From: an uncultured Prevotellaceae bacterium
GTDB taxonomy: Bacteria > Bacteroidota > Bacteroidia > Bacteroidales > Bacteroidaceae
Assembly (NCBI GenBank): GCA_946415705.1
Contig: CAMKTN010000004.1
Span: 20,102 to 84,101, forward strand
Reading direction: 5' to 3'
Length of the DNA stretch: 64,000 nt
The notes below the pieces were generated by a model. That model did no database searches. It had not been told where the DNA came from and saw nothing but the letters and a program-made list of their open reading frames with translations. Each line of letters opens with the position of its first letter. Position 1 is the stretch's first letter. Of the stretch, positions 53,368 through 61,875 are shown piece after piece. Both the position numbers and the translations under genes were made by a program.

Positions 53368-53415
53368 ATTATAGCAGGACCGCCCTCACCATCATGAGGC
53401 CGGTCCTGCTATAAT
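53368..53415. terminator. Strong hairpin between convergent genes (bidirectional terminator)
   Basis: ATTATAGCAGGACCG (53368-53382) is perfectly complementary to CGGTCCTGCTATAAT (53401-53415). The inner CCTCA/TGAGG pair extends the stem. Confidence 0.6.
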
Positions 53416-54779
53416 TATCTGCGCACGGGGCGCACATTCATGCCGTAGTAGCGGAACAAACTGGCCAGGAAGACCTTGCCGACATAGAAACGAAGATAAT
53501 GCGCGGCGTAGGGACTCTCCTCATCTAACGTTCCCGCCCAATAGTAACAATCCGTTCCGTGCTCATAGTTACTCTCGCTGACACGGCAGCCCGCAGCGGG
53601 CAGGAAGATGGATTTGCCGTTGGTGTGGCTGATGAACACATAGCCTTCCACGCCATTCTGTGTGGTCCATCTGTTATCAGTCATCTCCACCAACTCCTTC
53701 ATTTCCTCGTTGGTAGGCATTCGCCAATTCTCGCCCCAATTGATATAGGCCGCATCGTCGGTCAAGTCGATATTCACCTTGTTGTCATAAGTGCCATAGC
53801 TGCTGTTGGTACAGTATTTGGTCTGTGACGAGCGACTGCCTTTGCACCATTTGTAGGTCGCCCAATCAAAGCGATGATCGTCCGAGCCGTCCTGAAGGTA
53901 GCCTTCCGTCTCTCCCCAAGCAAAGAACAAGCCGGGGTCCTCTTCCTTTTCGGCTCCCACATTCATGTTGGCCCACAAGACACCGCTGGGCAGTCCCAAA
54001 TCAACGGCCACTACCCCACTCGGTGCTGTTCCCGGGTTGACACTCTCAGGAAGAGTGGTAAGGTCGCCCGGAGAAGAAACATACAGCGCCCCGTTCATAT
54101 TCACGAACGTGGCATAATAGTAACGTGTTGAAGGAGACAGATAAGTCAGTTTGAGCGTGGCGGTCGAACCTTGGTTGAAGTTGATGGTTCTCGTGTTGCC
54201 AGAGAACTGATTGTTACTCGGTATCACGTCGTTCTTATTTAAAGACCACACCATGCCGAACGTCATCTGGAAGTGTTCGGTCTTCACCTCGCTATAAATC
54301 TCACATTCCGACAAATCCCAACAGAGCGTGGCATCACGAAGGGCTACCCACTGCATTCTATTGTACTCCAGCAACTCAGCGGGGCTGCATGTGCGGAAAG
54401 ACTTCTGTTCTTCGGCGTTGATGATATTGCCCTGAGTATCCTTTGCATAAGCACAGTACGTGTAGTTGGCGTCCGGAATCAGACCATTGACGGCAACTGA
54501 GAAACTGCTATTGCCGGAGTAGTGTTCGATGTCGGTGGCCGGGATATAGTTCATGCCGCTGCTGTTTTCCTGGCTGTAGCAGATTCCGACCTCTGTATAG
54601 CTCTTTGCGGAGCCGCTGACAGTTCCCTGCAGGACGGCACTTGTCAAGCCAACGTCAAGCGAAATACCTGTTGTCACCTCCACACTCGCTAACGGAGTGG
54701 TTTGCTCCTCATCAGAATTGCAGGCACCCATCCCCAAAGCAAGGGCCAAAAGGCAGATGAAAAATTTCAGACTTCTCAT
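53415..54779 (-). CDS. Surface lipoprotein with Ig/Fn3-like N-terminal repeats and a FISUMP/DUF1566-like C-terminal domain
   Basis: 454 aa. Lipobox LGMGAC. C-terminal LWANMNVGA, FFAWGETEGY, WRMPTNEEMKELV, IFLPAAGCR. Confidence 0.6.
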   Translation of the reverse strand: MRSLKFFICLLALALGMGACNSDEEQTTPLASVEVTTGISLDVGLTSAVLQGTVSGSAKSYTEVGICYSQENSSGMNYIPATDIEHYSGNSSFSVAVNGLIPDANYTYCAYAKDTQGNIINAEEQKSFRTCSPAELLEYNRMQWVALRDATLCWDLSECEIYSEVKTEHFQMTFGMVWSLNKNDVIPSNNQFSGNTRTINFNQGSTATLKLTYLSPSTRYYYATFVNMNGALYVSSPGDLTTLPESVNPGTAPSGVVAVDLGLPSGVLWANMNVGAEKEEDPGLFFAWGETEGYLQDGSDDHRFDWATYKWCKGSRSSQTKYCTNSSYGTYDNKVNIDLTDDAAYINWGENWRMPTNEEMKELVEMTDNRWTTQNGVEGYVFISHTNGKSIFLPAAGCRVSESNYEHGTDCYYWAGTLDEESPYAAHYLRFYVGKVFLASLFRYYGMNVRPVRR

Positions 54780-54928
54780 GTTTCCTTAATTTGTGAAAAT
54801 GGTTTTCTTTGTGATTTCCGGATGCAAAAATAGCGATAATTTCCGAAATAGGGGGCAGGAGAGGAGATTTTTGTTGCCCAAAGGCTAATTATTTGTACGA
54901 AAATAGTGTGGGAAAGCAAATAATGACT

Positions 54929-54936
54929 TATCTTTG
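54929..54936 (+). promoter_or_regulatory. -7 promoter box TATCTTTG
   Basis: 18 nt upstream of the ATG at 54954. Confidence 0.4.
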
Positions 54937-54953
54937 CAAGAAATTTCCAACTC

Positions 54954-56591
54954 ATGAAGCTGAAAATACTCTCGATACTCACTCTCCTGTTCTGTTGCAC
55001 CTCGATGTGGGCGGTCTCCGATGAGGAGCTGATGCGGTTGCACGCTGACATGCTGCGCTCTTTCGGCTCGCAGGACAGGGAAGCATTCATCCATGCGTCG
55101 AACCGTTTGAAAGAGTCCAGCCAGGATGCTGGCGACGACAAGCTGTTCTACGAGGCTTGGAGCTATCAAAGTATTTTTGAGGCCACCTGTCAGGACTACC
55201 AACTGGCTACCGACATCGCGCAACGAATCCGGCAATATGCCCGTAGCGACGGTAGCACCTATGGTGAATACATGGCCCTGCACACCGAAGCCGTCATCCT
55301 GCTACATGAACAAGAGTTCGAGGAGGCGGAGCAGGCCTTCCAAAAGGCCGTTGAGTTCCACCACCGACATTTCACCAATGAGAGCGTGGCAGCGGACTTG
55401 CTGGAACTCATGATGATTGCCGACCGCCTCAATGATGAGGCTGCTGGTGTGCATTATGCCAAACAGATGCTTCAGGAACCCAATCTCTCACCGACTCACC
55501 GTGGCCGGGCCCTTTACCGACTGAGTCAGACGGCCTTTGACAACAGCGATATCGCCGAGTTCAACCGTCTCTATGATGCCTTGATGCTCCTGAAGGAGGT
55601 TGAAGAGATTAAGGCGTTGATGCCATTGCTCGAGGTGGACCATGCCATCATCAACCGAGATTACTTCCTGGCGCTGTCCCTCGCCGACTCACTGGATGTC
55701 GGTAACAGCATGGAACGCAAGGCTGTCATTTACCACTTGATGGGCAACGACCGCAAGGCCTACGAGTACATGCAGCAATACAAGCGCGCCAGCGACTCCA
55801 TCCTGATTGCCTCGCACAGACTGCTGGTCTCCACCTATTTTGAACAGATGAACAACGAGCGCCTGCAACTGGACCAGCAGTTGCTGGAACGCAAGAATAG
55901 CCAGCTGCGAAACTATGTGTATATGGCTGTCTCCTCGCTGGGTTTTCTGGTCCTGCTGATTATCATCTGGCGCAGCAGCCGAAAGATCAGGTCGCTCCGC
56001 AATGACAACAAGCAGTTGGTCTTCGACCGCAAGGACGCCGAGCGGGCACTCTCGGAACTGAACGAGCTGTCGTTCTATGAGAGTCAAACTGAGTTGGCGC
56101 TGACCTCGAGGCTCAACCCCGACCACTTGTGCGACCGCTTGGCGGATTCCACCCAGAACCGTTGCCACAAGGGTGTGGCGGTCATCTTCCAGAGCCGTCT
56201 GCCCGAGGATCTCGAGATCAAAACCGACCCGGACGCCCTGCGCAAATTGCTGCTGCATCTGCTCAACTATGCTGCCCGCTTCACGAATGAGGGCTGCATC
56301 AAGCTCTGTTGTGCCACCGCGGGCAACAATATCCGCTTCAGCGTGACAGACACCAGCGAAGGACTCTACGGCGAGGGTGAAGCACATCATGTCGGTATGT
56401 TCGCCGATCAGGGCCGCAAGGTGCGCTACGTTGGCATGAACTTCAATATCTGCCAGTCCATCACGCGTCTGTTGCATGGCCGCATCTGGCACGACACGGA
56501 ATATACCAACGGTACACGCTTCTGCTTCGAGGTGCCCATCAACCCGCAGACTACGGAAGCATCCGTGGTGAGACCGAGGGAAAAGTGCTGA
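54954..56591 (+). CDS. TPR-repeat membrane protein with degenerate GHKL ATPase domain (histidine-kinase-like, no H-box)
   Basis: 545 aa. Signal peptide, TPR-like helices, TM segment YVYMAVSSLGFLVLLIIIW, then LLHLLNYAARFT (N-box-like), DTSEGL (degenerate G1) and GMNFNICQSI (degenerate G2). Confidence 0.7.
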   Translation: MKLKILSILTLLFCCTSMWAVSDEELMRLHADMLRSFGSQDREAFIHASNRLKESSQDAGDDKLFYEAWSYQSIFEATCQDYQLATDIAQRIRQYARSDGSTYGEYMALHTEAVILLHEQEFEEAEQAFQKAVEFHHRHFTNESVAADLLELMMIADRLNDEAAGVHYAKQMLQEPNLSPTHRGRALYRLSQTAFDNSDIAEFNRLYDALMLLKEVEEIKALMPLLEVDHAIINRDYFLALSLADSLDVGNSMERKAVIYHLMGNDRKAYEYMQQYKRASDSILIASHRLLVSTYFEQMNNERLQLDQQLLERKNSQLRNYVYMAVSSLGFLVLLIIIWRSSRKIRSLRNDNKQLVFDRKDAERALSELNELSFYESQTELALTSRLNPDHLCDRLADSTQNRCHKGVAVIFQSRLPEDLEIKTDPDALRKLLLHLLNYAARFTNEGCIKLCCATAGNNIRFSVTDTSEGLYGEGEAHHVGMFADQGRKVRYVGMNFNICQSITRLLHGRIWHDTEYTNGTRFCFEVPINPQTTEASVVRPREKC

Positions 56592-56637
56592 GGATAGGAA
56601 TGTTTAGATAAGGATATAAGACATAAAGCTTAATAGC

Positions 56638-57639
56638 ATGAAACTGAGAAAAAGACAGATCTTATTGCCCGTCTTCATTGTGTTGGTGCTCTGTGGTGCT
56701 GTCTCGTTCTTCGTGTGCTTCCAGGTGGTACAGGCCGAGGCCTACGCCCGCTATCTGGGCATCAAGAATGTGTCGAGCGAGAAGATTGCCAAACTCGTCC
56801 ACGGTGTGGAGATGAATGCCAAAAACATCTTTGACGATGTGGCCGACAGCCACGAAACCCCGGATGAAGTCATTGATGCCTTACGCGGCAAAGTCAATCT
56901 GAATCTGGATGTCCGCGGTTATTTCGCGGCCTTCGAGCCGAACTATTTCCCCGAAAAAGGCACGTGGTTCGAGCCCTATGTCTATCAGCCCGAAACGGGC
57001 GGCTTCGACTACCGCCAAGTGGGGTCGGCACGCCATAACTACCACAAGTCGCCCTGGTACGTTCGCGCCAAGCAGACCGCGAGGAGTTTTTGGTCAGATC
57101 CTTATTATTACTACGATGGCACCAGCATGAGCGGCCACTACTGCACCTTTGTCAAACCTATCTTTGACGAGCAGGGGAAGCTCATATGTGTCTGCGGTGC
57201 CGACATCAAGTTCGAGTGGCTGGCCCGCGAGCTGCAATGGGTCGATGACGTCAGCAAGGAGAGCCGACTGCTGAACAAATACCATTTCGGTAGCGATTTC
57301 CACTTCTACACCGTCATCTTCGACAGCGACGGCACCTGTGTCTCCCACCCCGAGGGCAAGACCGTGACGATTACGGACCCCGAGGTGCTCAAGGACTTGG
57401 CCACGCAAAAGCACGGGACGACCTTAATGCTCATCGACGGCTCGCCCTACCTTATTTATTACGGCCCCGTAGAGAATATCGACTGGATGGTGGCCATCGT
57501 GGTGCCCGAGACTGACATCCTCCAGCCTCTGATTCCCATCGCCGGTGTGATGCTGGGGTTGACCGCCATAGGATTGTTTATTGTTTGGCTTGTATGCCGC
57601 AGGATAGAACGTAAGATAAAATATGAAGACAATAACTAA
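56638..57639 (+). CDS. Cache-domain membrane protein with no cytoplasmic output domain
   Basis: 333 aa. TM, then a Cache-like periplasmic domain (SPWYVRAKQT..WSDPYYY...CGADIKFEWL), then a second TM, ending about 15 aa later. Overlaps the next gene by 17 nt. Confidence 0.7.
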   Translation: MKLRKRQILLPVFIVLVLCGAVSFFVCFQVVQAEAYARYLGIKNVSSEKIAKLVHGVEMNAKNIFDDVADSHETPDEVIDALRGKVNLNLDVRGYFAAFEPNYFPEKGTWFEPYVYQPETGGFDYRQVGSARHNYHKSPWYVRAKQTARSFWSDPYYYYDGTSMSGHYCTFVKPIFDEQGKLICVCGADIKFEWLARELQWVDDVSKESRLLNKYHFGSDFHFYTVIFDSDGTCVSHPEGKTVTITDPEVLKDLATQKHGTTLMLIDGSPYLIYYGPVENIDWMVAIVVPETDILQPLIPIAGVMLGLTAIGLFIVWLVCRRIERKIKYEDNN

Positions 57640-59122
57640 GAAAATATTTTCGCCGCCGTCAATCCGACTGGGTACGATGGTGGTGCTCGAGATCGTCTTC
57701 TTGCTCGTGCTCTCGCTGGGTGCACTACTCTACTTTGCACGTGAGGCATTGGTCAGCGAGGCCAAGATGGATGCCCAGCAACAACTTGATGCCACTGTGC
57801 AGCATGTGGATAATGTGCTGCTGAGTGTGGAACAGACTGCCGGTAACATCTACTACGAGTTGCAGCAACATATCGGCGAGCCCGAGCAGATGATCAACTT
57901 CAGCCGCCACGTAGTGCAGTGTAACCCCTACATCGAGGGCTGCGCCATCGCCTTCAAGCCCAACTACTACCCGGGTCACGAACAATTCCTGGCTTTCGTG
58001 CATCGTGGCGATCTCACTACCGGAGAGCTCATACAATCCACCGATGCCGTCAGACATCCTTATCTCGAGCGCCGCTGGTATAAAGAGACTTTAGAGCAAT
58101 GTCGGCCCGCATGGAAAGATCCCCGAAGAAACGATGTGCTGGATTTGGTACCTGTCATCACCTTCTGTCTGCCCATTACTGACAAGAGCGGTGAGTGTGT
58201 GGGCGCGATGGCTGTGGGTGTTTCTATCAATATGCTCACCAAATTTGTGCTTGCCACCAAGCCTTCCACTCACAGCTACACCGTGCTGGTTGCCCAAGAT
58301 GGCACATACATCATGCACCCGGACCCCGAAAAGCTCAAAGGAACCAAGGTGCTCGACTTGCCCGATGTGGCCGCGAGCCCCTCAGCGACCGCTGCTGTAG
58401 AGGCGATGGTCAGTGGTGAAACGGGCGATACGTCCTTTGAGATCAACGGCCAGACCATGTATCTGTTCTACAAGCCCTTTGTGCGGACCGATCTTCCCGG
58501 CCGCTCGAGGGAAAGACCCAAATGGAACATCGCCATTGTGCATCCCAAGGCCGATATCTTCAGCGAGTACAATCATCATGTCATCCATGTCCTGTGGATT
58601 TCCCTTGTCGGGGTGTTGCTATTCTACTTCGGCTGTCGTATCGCCATCCGCAGGCTGCTGAGTCCGTTGAGCATGCTGACGGAGTCCGCAAAAAGCATTG
58701 CCCAGGGCAACTTCTCCCTCCTCATTCCCGACACCGAGCGCAACGATGAAATCGGCACCTTCCAGCAGCATTTCCAACGCATGCAACAGACACTCGAGGC
58801 CGATGTCGAAGAGCAGAAGAAGCTGACAGATACGCTTCATGAACAGCGCGAAAAACTACGCCAGGCCTATGCCAAGATTCAGGAGGGCGACCAGGTGCAG
58901 ACGACTTTCCTGCACAATGTCACCAACCGCATGCTTCCGCATGCAACGACCATCATGGAACATGCCATTGTACTTTGCGACAACTATCCCAACATCGAGC
59001 AGGAACAGGCCAAGGACCATGTGGATGAAATCCACAAACAGGGCGACATCATTCTGAATCTGCTCAGTAAGAAATTCGATCCCTCGTACAGCGAGAACAG
59101 AAAGGAGGCCACACATGAATAA
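57623..59122 (+). CDS. Cache-HAMP protein with DHp-like helix lacking the phospho-acceptor His and lacking an ATPase domain
   Basis: 499 aa. TM-Cache-TM, HAMP (LSPLSMLTESAKSIAQGNFS...EIGTFQQHFQRM), then FLHNVTNRMLPH where an H-box would be. Confidence 0.7.
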   Translation: MKTITKKIFSPPSIRLGTMVVLEIVFLLVLSLGALLYFAREALVSEAKMDAQQQLDATVQHVDNVLLSVEQTAGNIYYELQQHIGEPEQMINFSRHVVQCNPYIEGCAIAFKPNYYPGHEQFLAFVHRGDLTTGELIQSTDAVRHPYLERRWYKETLEQCRPAWKDPRRNDVLDLVPVITFCLPITDKSGECVGAMAVGVSINMLTKFVLATKPSTHSYTVLVAQDGTYIMHPDPEKLKGTKVLDLPDVAASPSATAAVEAMVSGETGDTSFEINGQTMYLFYKPFVRTDLPGRSRERPKWNIAIVHPKADIFSEYNHHVIHVLWISLVGVLLFYFGCRIAIRRLLSPLSMLTESAKSIAQGNFSLLIPDTERNDEIGTFQQHFQRMQQTLEADVEEQKKLTDTLHEQREKLRQAYAKIQEGDQVQTTFLHNVTNRMLPHATTIMEHAIVLCDNYPNIEQEQAKDHVDEIHKQGDIILNLLSKKFDPSYSENRKEATHE

Positions 59123-61043
59123 ACAGCGCAGAATGCTGGCTACCCGACTCAGCCGCATCATCATCATCCTGGCCATTCCTATCTTCGTGGTTGCATTGGG
59201 CGTCTTCTACGACCACACGCGGGCGCTGATTCGTGGGGAGGCCGCAGAACGCTCGCGCGCAGTGCTGCACACTACCGTGCGAAGAGTGGAGAATTATGTC
59301 ACGACCATCGAGACCGCAGCACGCTCCAATGTGTGGATGATCGAAGAGGAGTTCAATCCCGACTCTATAGCGATGATCTCCCGACGCATCGTCATGCTCA
59401 ATCCCAGCGTGATCAGCTGCTCCGTCAGTGTAGAACCCGATATGTTCCCCGACTACGGACGTTATTTCTCGGTCTTTACCGCCAACGAAGGTGACACCAT
59501 CCTTACGATGCTCGAGGAGGATTTCGATTACTTCAACCATCAGTGGTACAGGATGCCCATGCAGACGGGTCACTCCTGCTGGGTCAACCCCTTCAGCGAC
59601 TTCAACCAGGGAACCATCAACCACAACGATGCCGTGGGGTCGTTCTGCATCCCGCTGCGCCCGGGTGATGGCAGTCATGTCTCTGGCGTTGTCTCCGTAG
59701 ATTTCTCCTTCAAGAAGCTCAAGGAGACCATTTTGGACACCGAACACCCCTATCCCAGTTCCTACTATATCTTGCTGGGCCCCATTGGCGGCTTCCTCGT
59801 GCATCCCGATCCGAACCTGCTCTACAAGCAGACCATCTTCTCCAGCACCGACTCCGTCCAGCACCCGGATATCATTGCCCTGGGACGTGCGATGACCAGT
59901 CGCCAGCGGGGTATGATGCATGTGAAATTCGGCGATAAGATGTGCCACGTTTGCTATGAACCGGTTGCCGAAACGGGATGGAGCCTGGCGCTCGTCAGCC
60001 CCGAGGACGAGGTGTTGTCTGACTATCGCCATCTGGGACGCATTCTGGCTGTGGTGATCATCATCGGACTTGTTATCATTGCATGGCTTACCCGACGCGT
60101 CGTAAAGAAGAATATAGAGCCCCTGAACGAACTCCTGGAAGCCACCAAGAGGATGGCAGGCGGCAACTTCGAAACCATCCTGCCGCTGTCGAACCACAAG
60201 GATGTCGTGGGCCAACTCCAGAACGCCTTCCGTGAGATGCAGATGGCCATCATCTCCTATACGCGCAAAAACAAGGAAACGTCCAAGGAAATACAGAAGC
60301 AGAACGAAGAACTGGAACATAGCATGAAACTCGTGGAGGAGGCTTCACGCCACAAGAAAACCTTTATCCAGAACGTGTTCCGACAGATCACCACCCCGCT
60401 GAATATCATCGAAGGTCTGAGTACCGTGATGCTCAAAAGTCTCGGCTCCAATACCGTAGCGATGCCTCAACCTGATGAGATTGCCAATATCACCAGCACC
60501 ATGCGGTACAATGCCCTTCAGCTGTATCGCATCATGAATATGCTCTACGACAGCTCCGACACGGGAATGGCCGATTTCAATCGCTACAAACCTGAAGATA
60601 AGGTCGGATGCAATGCCTTAGCACATGAAACCTTTGAGCTCATCAAGGGACTGTACCCCAAAGCAGAGTTTGAACTCATCACCGAAGTGCCTGACACGCT
60701 GACGATACAGACCAATCATCTCTATCTCACGCGCAACCTCCTGGAATTGCTCCACAACTCCGTCAAATACTCCGATGGAAAACATATCCAGTTGATCATC
60801 ACACAGACGGACAGCGCCGTGCAATTCACCGTGCAGGATGTAGGACCGGGTATTCCCGCGGAGTCCAGGGAGCTCCTCTTCCAGCCCTTCGTCAAGGTAG
60901 AAGATCTCTCAGAAGGACTCGGTCTCGGACTGCCGCTGGTGAAGGCTCACGTCGAAGGACTGCACGGCCGTCTCATCCTCGATGAATCCTACCACGAGGG
61001 TTGTCGCTTCACCATCGAAGTACCGAAAGATATCCCCTCCTGA
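59115..61043 (+). CDS. Cache-HAMP histidine-kinase-like protein (intact ATPase domain, Arg in place of the H-box His)
   Basis: 642 aa. TM-Cache-TM-HAMP, then FIQNVFRQITTPLNII (compare F.aNvSHElRTPL). N-box LLHNSVKYS, G1 DVGPGI, G2 GLGLGLPLV. Confidence 0.8.
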   Translation: MNKQRRMLATRLSRIIIILAIPIFVVALGVFYDHTRALIRGEAAERSRAVLHTTVRRVENYVTTIETAARSNVWMIEEEFNPDSIAMISRRIVMLNPSVISCSVSVEPDMFPDYGRYFSVFTANEGDTILTMLEEDFDYFNHQWYRMPMQTGHSCWVNPFSDFNQGTINHNDAVGSFCIPLRPGDGSHVSGVVSVDFSFKKLKETILDTEHPYPSSYYILLGPIGGFLVHPDPNLLYKQTIFSSTDSVQHPDIIALGRAMTSRQRGMMHVKFGDKMCHVCYEPVAETGWSLALVSPEDEVLSDYRHLGRILAVVIIIGLVIIAWLTRRVVKKNIEPLNELLEATKRMAGGNFETILPLSNHKDVVGQLQNAFREMQMAIISYTRKNKETSKEIQKQNEELEHSMKLVEEASRHKKTFIQNVFRQITTPLNIIEGLSTVMLKSLGSNTVAMPQPDEIANITSTMRYNALQLYRIMNMLYDSSDTGMADFNRYKPEDKVGCNALAHETFELIKGLYPKAEFELITEVPDTLTIQTNHLYLTRNLLELLHNSVKYSDGKHIQLIITQTDSAVQFTVQDVGPGIPAESRELLFQPFVKVEDLSEGLGLGLPLVKAHVEGLHGRLILDESYHEGCRFTIEVPKDIPS

Positions 61044-61060
61044 ATCATCACATAGGTGCT

Positions 61061-61192
61061 CACGCCATAAGACCTACGTCCTAAAGCCGTAAGACCTACG
61101 TCTTCACGCTGTAAGACATAGGTCTTATGGCCATAAGTCCTATACCTTCAAGCCATAAGGTCTATATCTTCCAGCCATAAGGACTATATCTT
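61061..61192. repeat. Six degenerate 22-bp tandem repeats (nnnGCCATAAGnCCTAnnnCTT)
   Basis: Units start at 61061, 61083, 61105, 61127, 61149 and 61171. Unit 3 contains the palindrome TAAGACATAGGTCTTA. The array ends 8 nt before an ATG at 61201. Confidence 0.8.
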
Positions 61193-61262
61193 CAAAACGA
61201 ATGTCTTTTATGTATCGTCGTCTTATCATTGCTGTATTCCTGTTGATGACTACTCGGGCTGT

Positions 61263-61865
61263 GTGGCGCAGCTGCCGTATTTCTCCCCTACGGTGGGCGA
61301 CGGCAAGTTGTATGGCTACACGTCGGTGAAGGCGCGGCCAGGCATCAACAACATAGAGACCTACACGACGTTTCAGTACGGACTGGGTGAGCATTTCGCC
61401 CCGGGCATCGACCTTTACACGGGGCCCGGCTGCGCCTACTGGGGCGTGTTGCTGCGCTATGGTCACAAGATTTGTAAGTGGTTCAACGTGGGCGCTGAGG
61501 TCATTCCCAGCTTCAACCTGAATGACAGCTTCCGCTTCTCGTATGTGTCCTCGGCGCTCTATATGAATGGCGCCCTGACGAAAAACGGACGGCTGTTCTG
61601 GTGTAGTAACACGTGGTGGACTGTCCGCCGCGAGGATGCCAACTCCATCATGAACTACGAGTATCTGGGCTATACCGTTCCCTTCAAGAACGGCCATTCC
61701 ATCACGCCGATGGTGGGTGCCATCCACTCCTGGCGCTTTGACCAGGAGGTGGACATCACCGCAGGGTTCTACTATACCATCAAGAACTGGAGCATCTATG
61801 TCTGGGGCAACGACTTCCTGAAAGCCCATCCCCGTTTCATCCTCGGCGTAGAATTTATCCTGTAG
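61263..61865 (+). CDS. Hypothetical beta-rich exported/outer-membrane-like protein, N-terminus apparently frameshifted
   Basis: The 200-aa ORF has aromatic/Gly beta-strand periodicity but starts at GTG with no signal peptide. A signal-peptide-like ORF (MSFMYRRLIIAVFLLMTTRAV) starts at 61201 in another frame. Confidence 0.5.
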   Translation: MAQLPYFSPTVGDGKLYGYTSVKARPGINNIETYTTFQYGLGEHFAPGIDLYTGPGCAYWGVLLRYGHKICKWFNVGAEVIPSFNLNDSFRFSYVSSALYMNGALTKNGRLFWCSNTWWTVRREDANSIMNYEYLGYTVPFKNGHSITPMVGAIHSWRFDQEVDITAGFYYTIKNWSIYVWGNDFLKAHPRFILGVEFIL

Positions 61866-61875
61866 CGGCCGGGGA

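Noticed and set aside
55689-60320. 267-aa (55689..56492) and 418-aa (59064..60320) minus-strand ORFs opposite the sensor genes
   Set aside because: Shadow ORFs with low-complexity translations. The plus-strand frames carry TM, Cache, HAMP and ATPase motifs.
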